In this document: positions 1 to 12,204 of the stretch, piece after piece
Numbering within the stretch: the stretch's first letter is position 1
Layout: every line of letters starts with the position of its first letter
Origin: Lama glama
Lineage: Eukaryota
Length of the DNA stretch: 64,000 bases
NCBI GenBank assembly: GCA_028534125.1
Contig: CM052816.1
Coordinates: forward strand, 14,510,001 to 14,574,000
Direction: 5' to 3'
Made by a program: the position numbers and the translations under genes
The notes under the pieces: model-generated
Seen by the model: the letters and a program-made list of their open reading frames with translations, nothing else
The model's database searches: none
Told to the model about the DNA's origin: nothing

Positions 1-402
1 CCCCCTGGAGTGTGTTGGGGGAAGGTACTGGCCTCTTACCAGCCTGCCCATCTGCACCACTTAATCTTCACTCCAGCTGTTCTATACAGGAAAGGTCTCT
101 GCCCACTCTGGGTTCCTTTCCTGGGGTTTCCAGTCCTCTCCTTGGACAAGGAGGGCAGGGGGGGCCCCTCCAGAATCTGCTGATCAAGACCCTGGATTGA
201 ACATAAATTAGTGTCTGACCAGCAAGGGCCTCGTGGTTGAGGGTCACTGGGGCCCTCTGGAGTCTCCCCATCGGCTGAGGTCTCCCTTCAGGCAGACCTT
301 GAGGAAAGCTTCCTCGCACACAGCTATGTTTCACTCACAGCCACCCGTGCTGCAGAGCGCACACAGCTCCTCTCACATGCTCACCATCCAGCTGCACGTT
401 GT

Positions 403-416
403 GTCTCCATGGCAAC
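403..416. promoter_or_regulatory. RFX X-box motif
   Basis: GTCTCCATGGCAAC, near-perfect match to X-box GTTGCCATGGCAAC. Confidence 0.5.
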
Positions 417-1349
417 CAGTAGGCCTGGTCCATGGATGTTAGAAATAAGTGCCAGAGGAAGAGGAAAGAGAGAGAGGAGCAACATCAGAAATAAAGACAC
501 TCAGAAAGATAGCCTCCCAAGGAGACCCCCTCTCTTTCCTTGCACCCCCTGCCAGGAAGACTTGAATAGGTTCAGGGCCCAAGGATGGAGGGGCTCACGG
601 TAGGCACGAAGCAGTGGGCTGAGGGCTGTCTGGACGCAGGTAATGGGGGCCCAGGGGGCAGTGAGGGAGGAGCACGACCATGGGAAGTTGAGTGAGTCTG
701 GAGTTATGGGCTAAGAATACTGGATTTTGGGGTAAAAGGCAGATGAGGGGAGTGGGTAGGGATGGGAGACTTGGGGGAGCTACTTTCCTTTCTTCTCAGC
801 CTAATTGGCTGTTCAGGCTGAAACCACCTCTTAGTCACTTAGTCTAATTAGAATTGTTCCAGAGAAGACATTGGGGGAGGGGAAGGAGAAGAGGAAGGGG
901 GAAGAATGGGTGGAGAGGGAGCTAGGTGGGGGTGGGGAGGGGGAGTTCCTTCTGTCACCTTCCATCCATTCTGTCACCATCCAGTGGATGGGCTGAGCTG
1001 TAACTAACAGTCAGGGCTGTGGGTCACTCTGATACCCCCACCCAGCTGTCATTTGCTCTCCCTCACAGGCACCTGTTTTCTGCTCAGTGTCTCGGTGCCT
1101 CTGTTTCAGTCTAGCTCTCTCTCACTCTCTCTCCTGCTCTCCATCTCTGTCTCCTCGCCTTCCTTTCCTCCCTCCTCAACATCTCCCAATCTCTGGCCAA
1201 CAATGTTTGCGTACATTGTTGTAGGCCATTGTAGGCTGAGCCACTTTGGAGTGGAGGAGAGGCAGGGGGAGGGGATTATATTGAGAGCAGCCTCATCTTT
1301 GGGGAGTAAGAGGGACCGGGGCAGACACTGCCCTGGCATGGATCCCCCT

Positions 1350-1400
1350 ACACACACCCAGACACACACAGACACAGACACAGACACACACACACACACA
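1350..1400. repeat. (CA)n/(CAGACA)n microsatellite
   Basis: Directly visible acacacacccagacacacacagacacagac... run. Confidence 0.9.
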
Positions 1401-1469
1401 CCCCCTCTCTATTCCCACTTCTCACCCCTAACCAAGCCTCTTCACCTCTCTGGAGTGTGTGGAGTGGGA

Positions 1470-1630
1470 CTGTGTGGATTGCCTTGGGCAAGTAACTTAA
1501 CCTCTCTGAACATCAGTTTCTCTAGTTATGAGATGGGGATAATAAATCCTAAATTTGTAGTGTGGATTTAAGAGGATAATGCATGTGAACTGCTTAGTGT
1601 AGTAGCTTGTAAGCACTCAATGAAGGCAGC
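1470..1630 (+). mobile_element. MIR SINE fragment
   Basis: MIR core ccttgggcaagtaacttaacctctctgaacatcagtttc...atggggataataa and tail tgcttag...aagcactcaat. Confidence 0.85.
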
Positions 1631-2689
1631 TTTTATCATCCGTCCTCGGCTCCTTTCCTTTCCCCGGGGGTCTGCAGGAACCAGGATGCATGCGTCTTCC
1701 TCTTCTTGTTCGGCTGCCCCATTCTTGTGGCCCCCAAATTACCTCTCAGTTCTGAGACTCGCTACTGTTGCCTCATCCCAAGTCTCCTCTCTAAGGGTGG
1801 GTGTCCCTCTCAGGGTTGGGGGGAGTACGGAGTGGGAGGTTACGCTGGGATCCTGCCCCTGGCCTGGGGTGGTGGGGGGAGTGGTCAGGACATACCCTCC
1901 TCCAGTCTGGGGACTGGTTTTCCCTCTTCTGCAAGCCTGGAAGAGGAGGAAAGGGGACAGCCATAAATGATGTAGGGAAAGCGCACTTGCTGAGAGGGAC
2001 AAGAAGGGATGAGCAGCGTCCAGAAACCTGAATATTTCATGGGGCTGCAGCGCGGGGAAGAACAGAGTCCCCAAGCTGTGTTCGTGAATGTGCTTTGGAC
2101 TCCACGTGGCTTGGAGCTGTGCCACATGCTCTGTGCCCTCTGTACCCACAGAAGACTGCCCACTGCAGACCCTTTCCTGGCCATGAGCCCTCCAAAACCC
2201 CCTCAGCCTGGTGCACATTTTATTTCCTACAGCTGTCGTAGTGTGTTCAGGTTGGAGGCTGTATTTTGACATGGTCACGTTTTTCTTGGCTGTCTGCTGG
2301 GTTTCCCTCTCTAGATGCCCCAGGACTGGTGATGCTTTTGCCTCTCATCTCAGCATTATCGGGAGAGCCACAGAGTTGGAAAAAGCTGGTGGGTTGGGGG
2401 CACGGGTGGGGTGGCAGGGAGGAGGTCTCCCTGATTTTATGTCTCTGTCTGTCATGGTTGACTGCAAAGCAAGGTATCTATCAGAGCAGGTGGGGAATGG
2501 GCGGAGAGCAGCAGGGTCTGGTAGCTTCCATGTCTACTGCTTACAGATGAGCTGGGGGACGGCCTCTGCCAAATCTCTGCCTCCAGGTTTCCTGACCCAT
2601 ATCTGAGTAGGGGATTAGAAGGTGCCCTTGTGATCTCTGTCACAGGCCTCCCTTTATCCTTTTCCTTGACCTTAGCCAATCTATCATTA

Positions 2690-2815
2690 TTTCATTTATT
2701 TGTTTACTTGTTCAATTTCTGTCTCTTCCCACTAGAATAAAAGCTTGCAAGAGGCAAGAATCTTATTTAACTTATTTACCAGTCCTCAAAAATGTTTGCT
2801 GAATGAATGAATGGA
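2690..2815 (+). mobile_element. L2 LINE 3' end
   Basis: cccactagaataaaagcttg...aaatgtttgctgaatgaatgaatg, typical L2 tail. Confidence 0.8.
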
Positions 2816-3726
2816 AATAGATCTGCTTAGGGACTCTGCAGCCAGACCAAGGAGAAGGGAAGCAGAGGGAGGGCGGCCACAGGTGAGCAGGGATGTAGGT
2901 GGGATGGGCTGAAGTGGATACAGGGACGGAGTTGTGGAAATTGGGGGGAGTGGGTGGGATGAGGATGAGAGGATGATTGGGGAAGAGGGGGATGTGAGGA
3001 GGGAGCTGGGATGGGGGTAGATGGCATGAGGCATGCGCTTTGGGGGAAGGCATCCAGGCCTCCAGAGGTCCTAGAGGCAGGGGCTTTGGGCAGAAGGAGA
3101 TCAAGCTTAAAATAGAAAGTCAAGGACAGGGTCTATCCTTGGCAAGGCTATGCTTAGAAATTGGGTTTGGGGCCAGAGTGGGTAAAACACAGAGATCCAC
3201 CAGAAACAGCTGAGCTATGGGGGTTTCCCAGGGCTTGCTGGTGCCATCAGTGTCCTCCCAACTCACCCGCACCCCCAAATCTGGGTCAGATGCCCAGCCT
3301 GAGTTCCCCTCCCTTTGCCCTTCTAAGCCCATAAACAGGAAATGCCCCAGGCTGGGTTGGCCAGTGCCGCCTTCAGAGAAAGAGCCAGGGATCTTCCTAG
3401 GGCGGAAGGGAGGTGCACAAAGCCAGCAGGGGGTCCTGACTGATTGCTTGAGCTTCAGAAGCCTCCATCCACCCAAATCAAAGGTGACAGCAATATTAAC
3501 TCGTTAGCACTAAGCCCCCAGAGGAAGCTGGGCTTGAAGGAGGAATCCTTTCCCAGGGCTCTTCCTTGTCTCTGGATCCTCTCCTGGGCCCAGGGCAAGG
3601 GACAGGGGTGGTAGCCTGGGGTGGGGCTGGGGAGACTCCCATCAGAGAGATGGTGTCTCCCCCAGAATTGGTCAGAGTGGCTGTGGAGGGGGAAGCAGAG
3701 GAGGTTGGAGGTGTGCACCTGCAGTG

Positions 3727-3740
3727 GTTGTCATGGCAAC
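3727..3740. promoter_or_regulatory. RFX X-box motif
   Basis: GTTGTCATGGCAAC, 13/14 match to the palindromic consensus. Confidence 0.55.
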
Positions 3741-3807
3741 CTGACTTGCATCCCAAGAGGGTGGCCTCTCCCCCAAAGCCCTGTGAATCCTGGAACATAG
3801 GAGTGGA

Positions 3808-3845
3808 GACACACACACATACTCTCTCTCTCTCTCTCTCTCTCT
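3808..3845. repeat. compound (CA)n(CT)n microsatellite
   Basis: Directly visible. Confidence 0.9.
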
Positions 3846-4177
3846 GGGCTTTGCAGAACTCTACCTGCCCCATTCTCCCCAAGACAGCCCTGTTAGCTTC
3901 CTCTTTCCCTGGGTGAGGCTGAGACCAGGGATAGGGCCATGAGAAGAGGATGTTGGTTGGGGGCCAGGGAGGGGGAGGCCCTCCACAAGGTGAGGCCTGC
4001 TTGCCAAGTGTGTTGTTGTGGGGAATGTGTGCAGTGTGCCTGGAGTGGTGTCCCAGTATGTGTAGAGGACAAAAGTCTACTCAACTCGCCCACTCCCAGT
4101 CCTGCAGTCAGACCACACAGGAGAGGGATTGCGGAGGGAGATAGTTATTAACAAGGACAACAGCAATCACAGTTAAC

Positions 4178-4345
4178 CTTAATTGAGAGCTTATTAAATC
4201 CCAGCTCTGTGATTGTGGGGAGCATTTTACAGGCAGTGTCTCATTTGATCCTCACAACAACTGTACATGGTAGGAATTATTAGCCCCATTTACAGATATG
4301 AAAACTGAGATTCTAAGAAGTGAAGTAACTTTTTCCAGGTCCAGG
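4178..4345 (-). mobile_element. MIR SINE fragment
   Basis: tcatttgatcctcacaacaa...ccccattttacagatatgaaaactgag, reverse MIR core. Confidence 0.85.
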
Positions 4346-5159
4346 AGCTGGAAAGAGACAGAGCAAGATTCTGCAGGGGGGGAGGAGGCAGAGGACCCAG
4401 ATACCAGCCCCTAAGGCCACTTGTCCTGTCCCCAGGCCCCCTGGGAAACTCCTGCCCATGTGCCCCACTGCTCCTCGGCAGGGCTGGTCTGTCCCCTGCC
4501 AAGAGTCAGGGCCTGGGAACTTCAGATCGTGGTGCCTGCCTGGGCTGGGCTGGGCTGGGCAGCCGAGGGCACCTGTGAGGGTGTGGGGACACTGAGCAGC
4601 GGGCATCGTGATTGGCACGAGCCAGGGGAGCGGCTGGCAGCCCTGCTCCTGGTAAACATGAGGAGAGGTTACTTCACAAGGAAACAGTAATTAACTTTAA
4701 TTAGCACCTTGCATCTCGGAATATTATTAACATCTCAATTTCTCTAATCAAGGCAGCAGGAGAGGGGCGGCATCTGCCTCGCCGACTCCTTCCTGGCCAT
4801 GCTCCCTGGCTTGGCATGGTTCCCGTCCGGCCCCCACCCCCTGGATGACACCCAGGAGCACCTCCTAGAGGTGGTTGCCAAGGGGAGCCGGGGAGTGAGG
4901 GGAGCCTGGACTGACAGGGCAGAGAGAGGAGGTCTGGGTCGTGGACACAGGAGCCAGCAGCAGGGCAGAAGGACAGCGGGCCAGGTTCTTTGTGTGGCCC
5001 CCTCTCTTTCCAAGTAGACTATGAACACCAAAGGGGCTGAGCTGTGGCCCCCAATCAGAGAACAACGTGGCTGCCTCGCTGTCCCCTCTTTCTGGGTCCT
5101 TCTCTTCCTCCCTTCTTCTCCTCTCTCCTCTCTCTCCCTTCTCCTCCACACCCTAATTT

Positions 5160-5400
5160 TCCCTTTCAACAAGATTTATGAAGCATCCCTTCCAGGCCAG
5201 GGGCTGGCTTCCGCCACTGGGGATGCAGCAATGGACACCAGATAAATCCTGCCCTGGGGAGTTTAGAATCCCATGGAGGAGATAAGGCTTAGGTATAAAA
5301 AACTCTAATTGGGCTCTGTCCTGATAGGCATCATAACCGACGGAGGTGCAGAAAGAAGGCTGTGGGGGTTCCAGGAGGGAGGTGGGAATGGGAGGGGCAG
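5160..5400 (-). mobile_element. L2 LINE fragment
   Basis: ttcaacaagatttatgaagcatc...ctggggatgcagcaatggac...cctgccctggggagttta, reverse L2 tail. Confidence 0.7.
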
Positions 5401-6299
5401 GGGCCCTAATGGCAGGGCTCCCAGACAGAGTCCATCTAGGGCGCCACCATGAAGGCAGGGGGATCCTGAAGCAGCCGGGGCACTGGGTGTCGTTCAGTCC
5501 TCTTCAGATGGCCACCAGGGAGGGGAGGCCCTGAGGGCACAGGAGGTGACTCTTTCTTCATTATAGCCACCCTCAGTGACTGTCAACCTTGCTGTGTGTC
5601 TGATATGAATAACTGACTGTCTTCCTTGGTCTAATTAGAGCGGCCAGCTTGCACAATTTGTTATTTATTTGGCAGTGTGCTGGGGGCGGTCTCCCCAGTC
5701 CATCCAATTGGTATGTATTGAGCACCTACTATGTCTCAAGGCCCAGGTCTGCCCTGGAGGAGGCTCTGAGTGCTGGGGGTGCTGGAGGGGTCACCATCGA
5801 GCTGCCTTCAGGCCTGACATCTCAACAAAACAATGGCAGTGTCCGTCCACCGGGGGTTCCCCACGAGGAAGGAGCTAGTTTCACAGTGGCCTCCTCAGCA
5901 CCCCTCCCCGCGGCTGTACTTGGGCCGACAGTGTCTCTGCACATCCCCTCCCGTCTCTTTTCTAACAGAGGACTGCATCAGAAGGCTGAGAGTCAACTGC
6001 CAGTCTTGTTAAACATTAACCCAGAGCGTAGGCTCAATGTTCAATGGAGACCCTACCTCACATTGCCAGGTGCAGAATGGGACCAGTTTCATCTGACCAC
6101 CCTCTTGTGGGCCCCGGAGCAGGGGTAGGCATGCATTTTGCCTTTGCTATCACTCTCCTTGCCAGCTGTGATCATCTTTGGGTGAGGCCTACAGCATCTT
6201 ATTTAATTCTCAGGGGACCCCGGAGAAGCAGGAGTTGTCATGCCCATTTAGTAGCTGAGGAAATGGGACAAAGAGGCGAAGTCACACTGGTAAGAAAGT

Positions 6300-7720
6300 G
6301 AAAGCGGATCAGGACAGAACCGTGGTGGCAGACTCGGGGTCACTTTCCTCACCTTGGCCTCCCTGCTTCTTGCAAGCCTGGCCTCTGCCAGGAGCTGAGA
6401 TGCTGGGGGAGGCCCGAGCAAGGCGCCCCCCCCCACCCCGCCCTCAAGGACAAAGAGAGAGCGGCCCCCGGCCTTTATAGCAAACCCGAGCTCTCCCTCT
6501 CTCCCTCCTCCGACTCCTCCCCGGCTCCCCAGAGCCAGGGGCTTCGCCTCTATAATTGTAGAGTAGCCCGAGCAGGGCGGGGAAGAATCTGACGTTTCCA
6601 AAGGCGTTTTTGATGTTGGTGATTATGGCGATGATGAGGCTGTCCATCTCCTACCAAGACTGGGGCCTTTCTTTGTTTCTTTCTCAATCAGGGTTGGGGG
6701 GTGTCTCGCTCGCTCTCTCGGCCATGAGGACCGGTGTTGTCAGGGGACCAGCACTGGTTCCTCTTTAGGGGAGGAAGGGGACAGGGACAGACCGGCCGAA
6801 GTGACACCTGGGGAATCAGCCCACCCTTCACCTTCCCAGAACCCGGCTCGCTCTGGGGTGCACTGATGTGGTCATTAGCATAACATTTGCATAAGGAACA
6901 ATTGAGGAGATTGGAGCCGTGCCGCAAAGGAAACACCTGCAAGGAACTGTGAATGAAAGCCTCTCCCGCCCCCGTCTCTGTCTCCCTCCCACCCCCACCC
7001 CAGCAACCCAGCACTCCTAACGATGACGGTGGCAATCAGAGATCGCAGTTCTCATTCCCAGAGTGCCTGCTAAATGCCAGGCACTGGAATGCGTCTTCAA
7101 GCCACCCAAGGAGGCACATTTTATTATTCCGTAATACCCTTCACGGAGGAGGAAGTTGAGGCTCAGCTGTCCCGAAGTCATCTAGATTAGGTAGTGAGTT
7201 AGAGCTGAGTTTGGAATAACCAAACTCAACCACTCATGGCGGATTGGCGTACTCTGGGCTCACCCCAGGAGCCAAAATCCAGTCTTGGTGAGTCCAGGGG
7301 GCCCCGGGAGAATTGGAACAAGGGCTCCAACAGACACCTTCACACAGACACACTCACTCACACACACATACACACACACACACACGCGCGCGCGCGCGCG
7401 CGCGCGCGCGCGCACAGCCGCGCTGCCCTGCCCCCACCTGCGTTTCTGGAGGCAGAGGAGCTGGGCTGACTCGGCCCATAACCAGGTTAGCCAAGATCCA
7501 ATTAGCTAGTTAGCGCAGGCAGAGCTGGGGGCAGGCAGGGCGCGCAGGAGAGCGGGACGGATGGGTCGGGTAATATGCAGAGACAGCCAGAGACAGCGGC
7601 TCCACGCTAACCTGATAAGCAGCTCCCAACATCGATGAGGCCCAGCCTGGCAGGCGGAGTGGCCTCAATCCCTGGAGGCTGGTGGGGGTGTGGGGACAAC
7701 CTCTGACCCTCACGCCCCCT
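6300..7720. promoter_or_regulatory. CpG-enriched promoter/enhancer-like region
   Basis: Elevated CpG; GC boxes 6436-6443 and 6575-6582; minus-strand TATAAAG 6473-6479; tandem octamer-like sites plus SOX site 6873-6904; (CG)14 at 7385-7412. Confidence 0.55.
7341..7416. repeat. (CA)n(CG)14 alternating purine-pyrimidine tract
   Basis: CA repeats followed by 28 bp of uninterrupted CG (7385-7412). Confidence 0.95.
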
Positions 7721-7972
7721 CCCCCGGCCCCTGGCCCCTGGCTGCCACACAGCCCTTTGCAGCGCCTCCTCCTCTGGCTTCCCCTCAGCAGCACTCACTC
7801 CTGCTCTGCCTCCTCTAAGAGCGGCGACAGGGAGGGCAGCTTCTGCAGGATACATATTCATCCAAATGAGGCTAGGAATTTCTGCATCAGGCAAGAAGGG
7901 TATGGGTGAGACCACCACTTCCTCCAGGTGGTGGCGGGGGAGGGGCGGTGAAAATAACAGGAGTCACTGTGG

Positions 7973-8136
7973 TGTTTGCTACTCACCAGGCACTGCGCAG
8001 ACCATTCAGACCGCTTATGTGTACTCTCTCCTTTACACCCACAACAGCCCTTTGCTGTGGGTACCATTAGAATCCCCATTTTGCAGATAAGAAAATTGAG
8101 GCTTAGAGAGGTTAAGAAACTTGACCAAAGTCACAC
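7973..8136 (-). mobile_element. MIR SINE
   Basis: atccccattttgcagataagaaaattgaggcttagagaggttaagaaacttgaccaaagtcacac. Confidence 0.9.
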
Positions 8137-8289
8137 GACTATCGAGACTCCTCAGAATCTAAACCACCACACTTTATACTACCCCGATGGGTCTAGGATT
8201 AACAATAATGTAACTGATAGTAATACTTCTTGTTTTTTGTATATAATCCTTTTGCTTTAGGACTGACAAAGGCTCTTTGGATGTATCCT

Positions 8290-8415
8290 TACAAGTCCAC
8301 AAGGTAGATGTTTTATTTCTAATCCTTACTTGGCAGAGAAAAGAAACTGAGGCTTGGAGGGGTGATGTGGCTTGCCAAGAGCCTCTCAGACAGTAACAGA
8401 ATTTGAACCCAGGCC
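8290..8415 (-). mobile_element. MIR SINE fragment
   Basis: gaaactgaggcttggaggggtgatgtggcttgccaag...atttgaacccagg. Confidence 0.8.
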
Positions 8416-10404
8416 AGGTCCCCCTTACTCCTACTCTAGTGCTCTTGAGGAGATAATAGAAAGAGAAAAAGATACCCCATCCCTAAGTCAAGTGTGGGTG
8501 GTTCATCTGTTTACTTACTGGTCACAAGCTTGTTGGAAGGGTCGTGCAAGGCATGGTGCTGGGCACGCTTATTCCGGGATGGAGGAAGCAAACGTTTTCC
8601 TGCCTCCGTGGAGCAGGTGGAGAGGAAAGCCCTGAAGTTCAGTGTCTGGGGACGTGGGGCTGCGTTGGTCAGAGGAATCCAAGGAATGAAGGGCCAAGAG
8701 AAGCGTCTGCCCCTTCCAGCACCAGATCATCTCTGGTCTGATTTCCTCCTGTTTTTCAGAGGCTGCATCTGAACCCCAGAGAGTCAAGTAACTCCCCAAG
8801 GTCACACAGAGACAGGCATGCAAAGCAGGGCTCCCTACTCTCAGGGGATTTCACCCCCAGCCCAGCGCCTCCCAGTCATCGCAGGATGGGGACTTCCTAT
8901 CCTTAGGCGCTCTAAATTCTGTCCGACATCCCTTCACGCCCACCAGGGAAGGACTAGGTGCTGTGCCAACCATCCCCGGGGGATGCGCCCCCATCTCCCC
9001 TCTCTCTGTGCTCTGGGAGAAGAGAATCAGCTGACTTCTTGCTGCTTCAGGCCAGCTGGGGCTTTGGGGTTGGGATGGGGGCGGTGAGCCGATCAAGCAG
9101 GGCCGCATGAGGAAGGCTCGCACCTGCGTGGGACGCAGCATTGGGCCATGCCCATGAGAACACGTGTCCGCACCTGTGTTACTCTCTGCTCTCCCTGATA
9201 CCAGCACCAAAAGGGTTAAGATGTCCCCAGCCCCGGGGACTGAGGAGTTGTCTGTGCGGGAAGCTGCTCTCCCAGTCCCAAGGCCTCAGGGAGTGGGGAG
9301 GGGAACGGCTTGCTCAGTCTCGTTCCCAGGCTCCTCAGCCTCTCTGGGGATCCAGCTACATGCCGGAGAGGTGACCCTTGACCCTTCCCCCTCCACCCGC
9401 CTGCCTGCCCGCCCTCCCCAGCCCAACCAAGCAAAGACTCTGATCCCTGCTCAGGGTGCTGGCGGAGAGGGATCCCCTACTTCCCCACCTCGTGTTTCCC
9501 ACCATCTCACTTATTCCACTTCGTGCCTCACTCCACTCTCATTCCAGAGTCACCATAGTCAGACCCCTGAGTTTCTTCCCCTGCCCCAGCTCTGGGCCCC
9601 CAGGCCTTTCCTCCCAGCTCCCGCATTTGTAATTTTCTAAAAATAGAAGCCTGTATTTCAAGGAGGCAACTCCGGAAATATACAGTCCAGCCCAGGCATC
9701 CGTCGGGTGGGGACGAGGAAGGACCTGTGTACAGAGAAATACCCAGATGCAGCAGCCCCCACCCTCCCAGGTAAACACAGGAAGGCAGTCTGCCCTTGAG
9801 GGGAAAGCAGGCAGGAGTGGAGGATGGGCACAAGGGGGGTTCTTGAGCTAAGGTCCCTAACAGAGGGCCTGGGGTCTCCTCATGGCCTCCCCTGCTATTG
9901 CTCCCCTCCTACTTTTTCAGCAATTGCTTGGAGAAGTGGTGGGCGGCCTTCCCCCGTGGCCAGCCCTGCACATCTGGAGTCAGGACCGAAATCCAGGGAA
10001 ATTCCAACAGGTTTGGGCCATATCTACCCTGCTCTGTCTCCCACGAATGGGCAGGATGGCCACTCTGGGCAATGCTGCTCAGAGATATCTGTTCCCCATC
10101 CCTCTGCCTCCTCCTAGACCCTGGCCGCATCATCTAAGATCCCCTGGCCTTTCCCCGCTGTGCAATCAGATGGCCATGGGAAAGGGGGGCTCTTCAGTGC
10201 CCCGAAGGGACATTCAGCCCCTCTGGCTGACCCAGGCCGCCTCCACGGGGTGGCAGGACTGGGACTGAATCGTACTGGACTTTGACAAGACTCACCCTCA
10301 CACTTGGCCCTACGAACTCCCTGGCTGTAATTAGTGCAACTACTCAATCCTAGTACGTTTGGGGACCTCATGAACAGCAGTAATAATTAATTGGACGAAC
10401 AATA

Positions 10405-10540
10405 GCTAACATTTTTGAAGCACTTATTTTGTGGTAGACCCAGGCTCTACATGACACATGCGTCATTCTCACTTAATGCTGTCAGGAACCCATTCTTATC
10501 ACCCCTAACTTCTCGGTGAGGAAGCTGAGGCACAGACTGC
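10405..10540 (-). mobile_element. MIR SINE fragment
   Basis: aatagctaacatttttgaagcacttat...gaggaagctgaggcacag. Confidence 0.75.
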
Positions 10541-11184
10541 TCACAGAGCTGACCCTAGCCCCAGGTCACACTAGTAAATGACATCCGGACGGACGGCCAG
10601 TGCACAGGCCTGGCTGACCCTTGCTAACGCCAGCCTGGCAAACTCCTGCAGAGGGCTTGCTGACCTCCCCATTTCCTTCAGCAGGAGGCTGGGTGGGGCT
10701 GGCAGTCCAGACAGGGCCCGCCCACAGCATGACAGTGCTGGAAACAAAGACTGACTTGAGAAACTGCCCCTGTCTCCTTTCAGCCTCTTAGGGTCTTTTC
10801 TTAGCCTATCACCTGGCCCTGGTGCTGTTCCCCTCACGTGGCTTGTGCATCTTAAAAAGAATGAGCCCCTCCTCTTGAGGCCTGAGGGGAGCTGTCCAGC
10901 TCTTCCTCTAGGACACACAATCCCCACTCGAAAGTAGTCTTTTTGAACTGCAGCCTTTTGGGTTTTGACAAAATGTATCTGTCACATGGGAATTCGATGG
11001 TGTGCCTGGACCTGGGAGAACCCCGCCATTAAAGTTGGCAGCATATGTAAACACTTAGGCCAGCACCTGGCATATATACAATGGGTGAATTAGGGGGTTC
11101 CTCATGGGACCCCTTGGATGCATTACCCATGGTGATAACGCTATGATAAAGGATGACCGCCTTACCAGCTACCGGTTATTATCA

Positions 11185-11345
11185 GTCACAAGCCTGACAC
11201 CGTGCTGAGCACTTTACAGACGTTTAATATTTGTAACAACCTATAAGTTAGATGCTACTCATCCTCATCTCACAGATGAGAAAGCTGAGGCTGAAGTCTC
11301 ACTCACAAAGTAAGTGAATGAGCTGGGACTTGAACCCAGGCCTGT
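11185..11345 (-). mobile_element. MIR SINE fragment
   Basis: gtgctgagcactttaca...cacagatgagaaagctgaggct...gggacttgaacccagg. Confidence 0.8.
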
Positions 11346-12204
11346 AGGTAAGTGACTTTCTTGTAGTCACTCTGCTCCTGGCTGAGCAGCCCTGGTGCAT
11401 GTCCCACACGTACGCACGCCCCTCGGGTAAAGGTTCCTGAAATTCCAAAACTGCTTCCAAAGCAGTTCTGATGGGATAGACATGTCCTACAACTCAGGTC
11501 AGCCTTTGCTTTAACCCTCTAGTTGGCTGCTGGCCAGCACTCACCTTCCTGTACCAAACTCGTCTGATCAATAACTAGTGGTTTTATGCTCATAAAGCCC
11601 CCATTGAAATACCATCTCATTATCGTAATTCTTGATAGCTCCTCCCCACCAAAGGATCCCCCCTCCCTTTTCACGTTTGTCAGCTGGGCTACAAATGTAT
11701 ATGTTCCCTTTGTCCTTTGCTTTTAGGCCTTACCTGATCCTCCCTCTTACTGTGACCGTGGATGTCCAGGATAAATTCCATTCAAACTTCCCTTCCCCAT
11801 TCCTACCAGTATGGCCTTGAGACATGAATTGAACTCTAGCCTCCCCATCTGCCCTCTCTGTTATCTCTTTCTTAATATTTTTCTGGTCATGTCACTCCTG
11901 CTCCTCCTCTGACTGTCTCTGCTGTCTCCTTTACTGCCTCCCTCCCCCAAGCCAATTCCACAGAATCATCCAACATGTGTAAGTGTGACTACCTGGAAAA
12001 ATGTAACTTTCAAGGAGACTGAAGTTGAATGACAGCAAACAGAACCTTGGAGACCCAGACATTATCTAGGGCTTACCTGGACTCAGCAGCAGGAACTTAG
12101 AAAGAAGGCAAGACGGAAGAGAGAGAAGGATGAGCTGATCAAAAGAATGAGCTAGAAGGAGAAATGGGAAATGGGGAAAGTGTTATTGATTCAACCAGGC
12201 CAAA

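Noticed and set aside
5509..5527. Second CTCF-like site TGGCCACCAGGGAGGGGAG
   Set aside because: Mismatches at the highly constrained GGC positions of the core.
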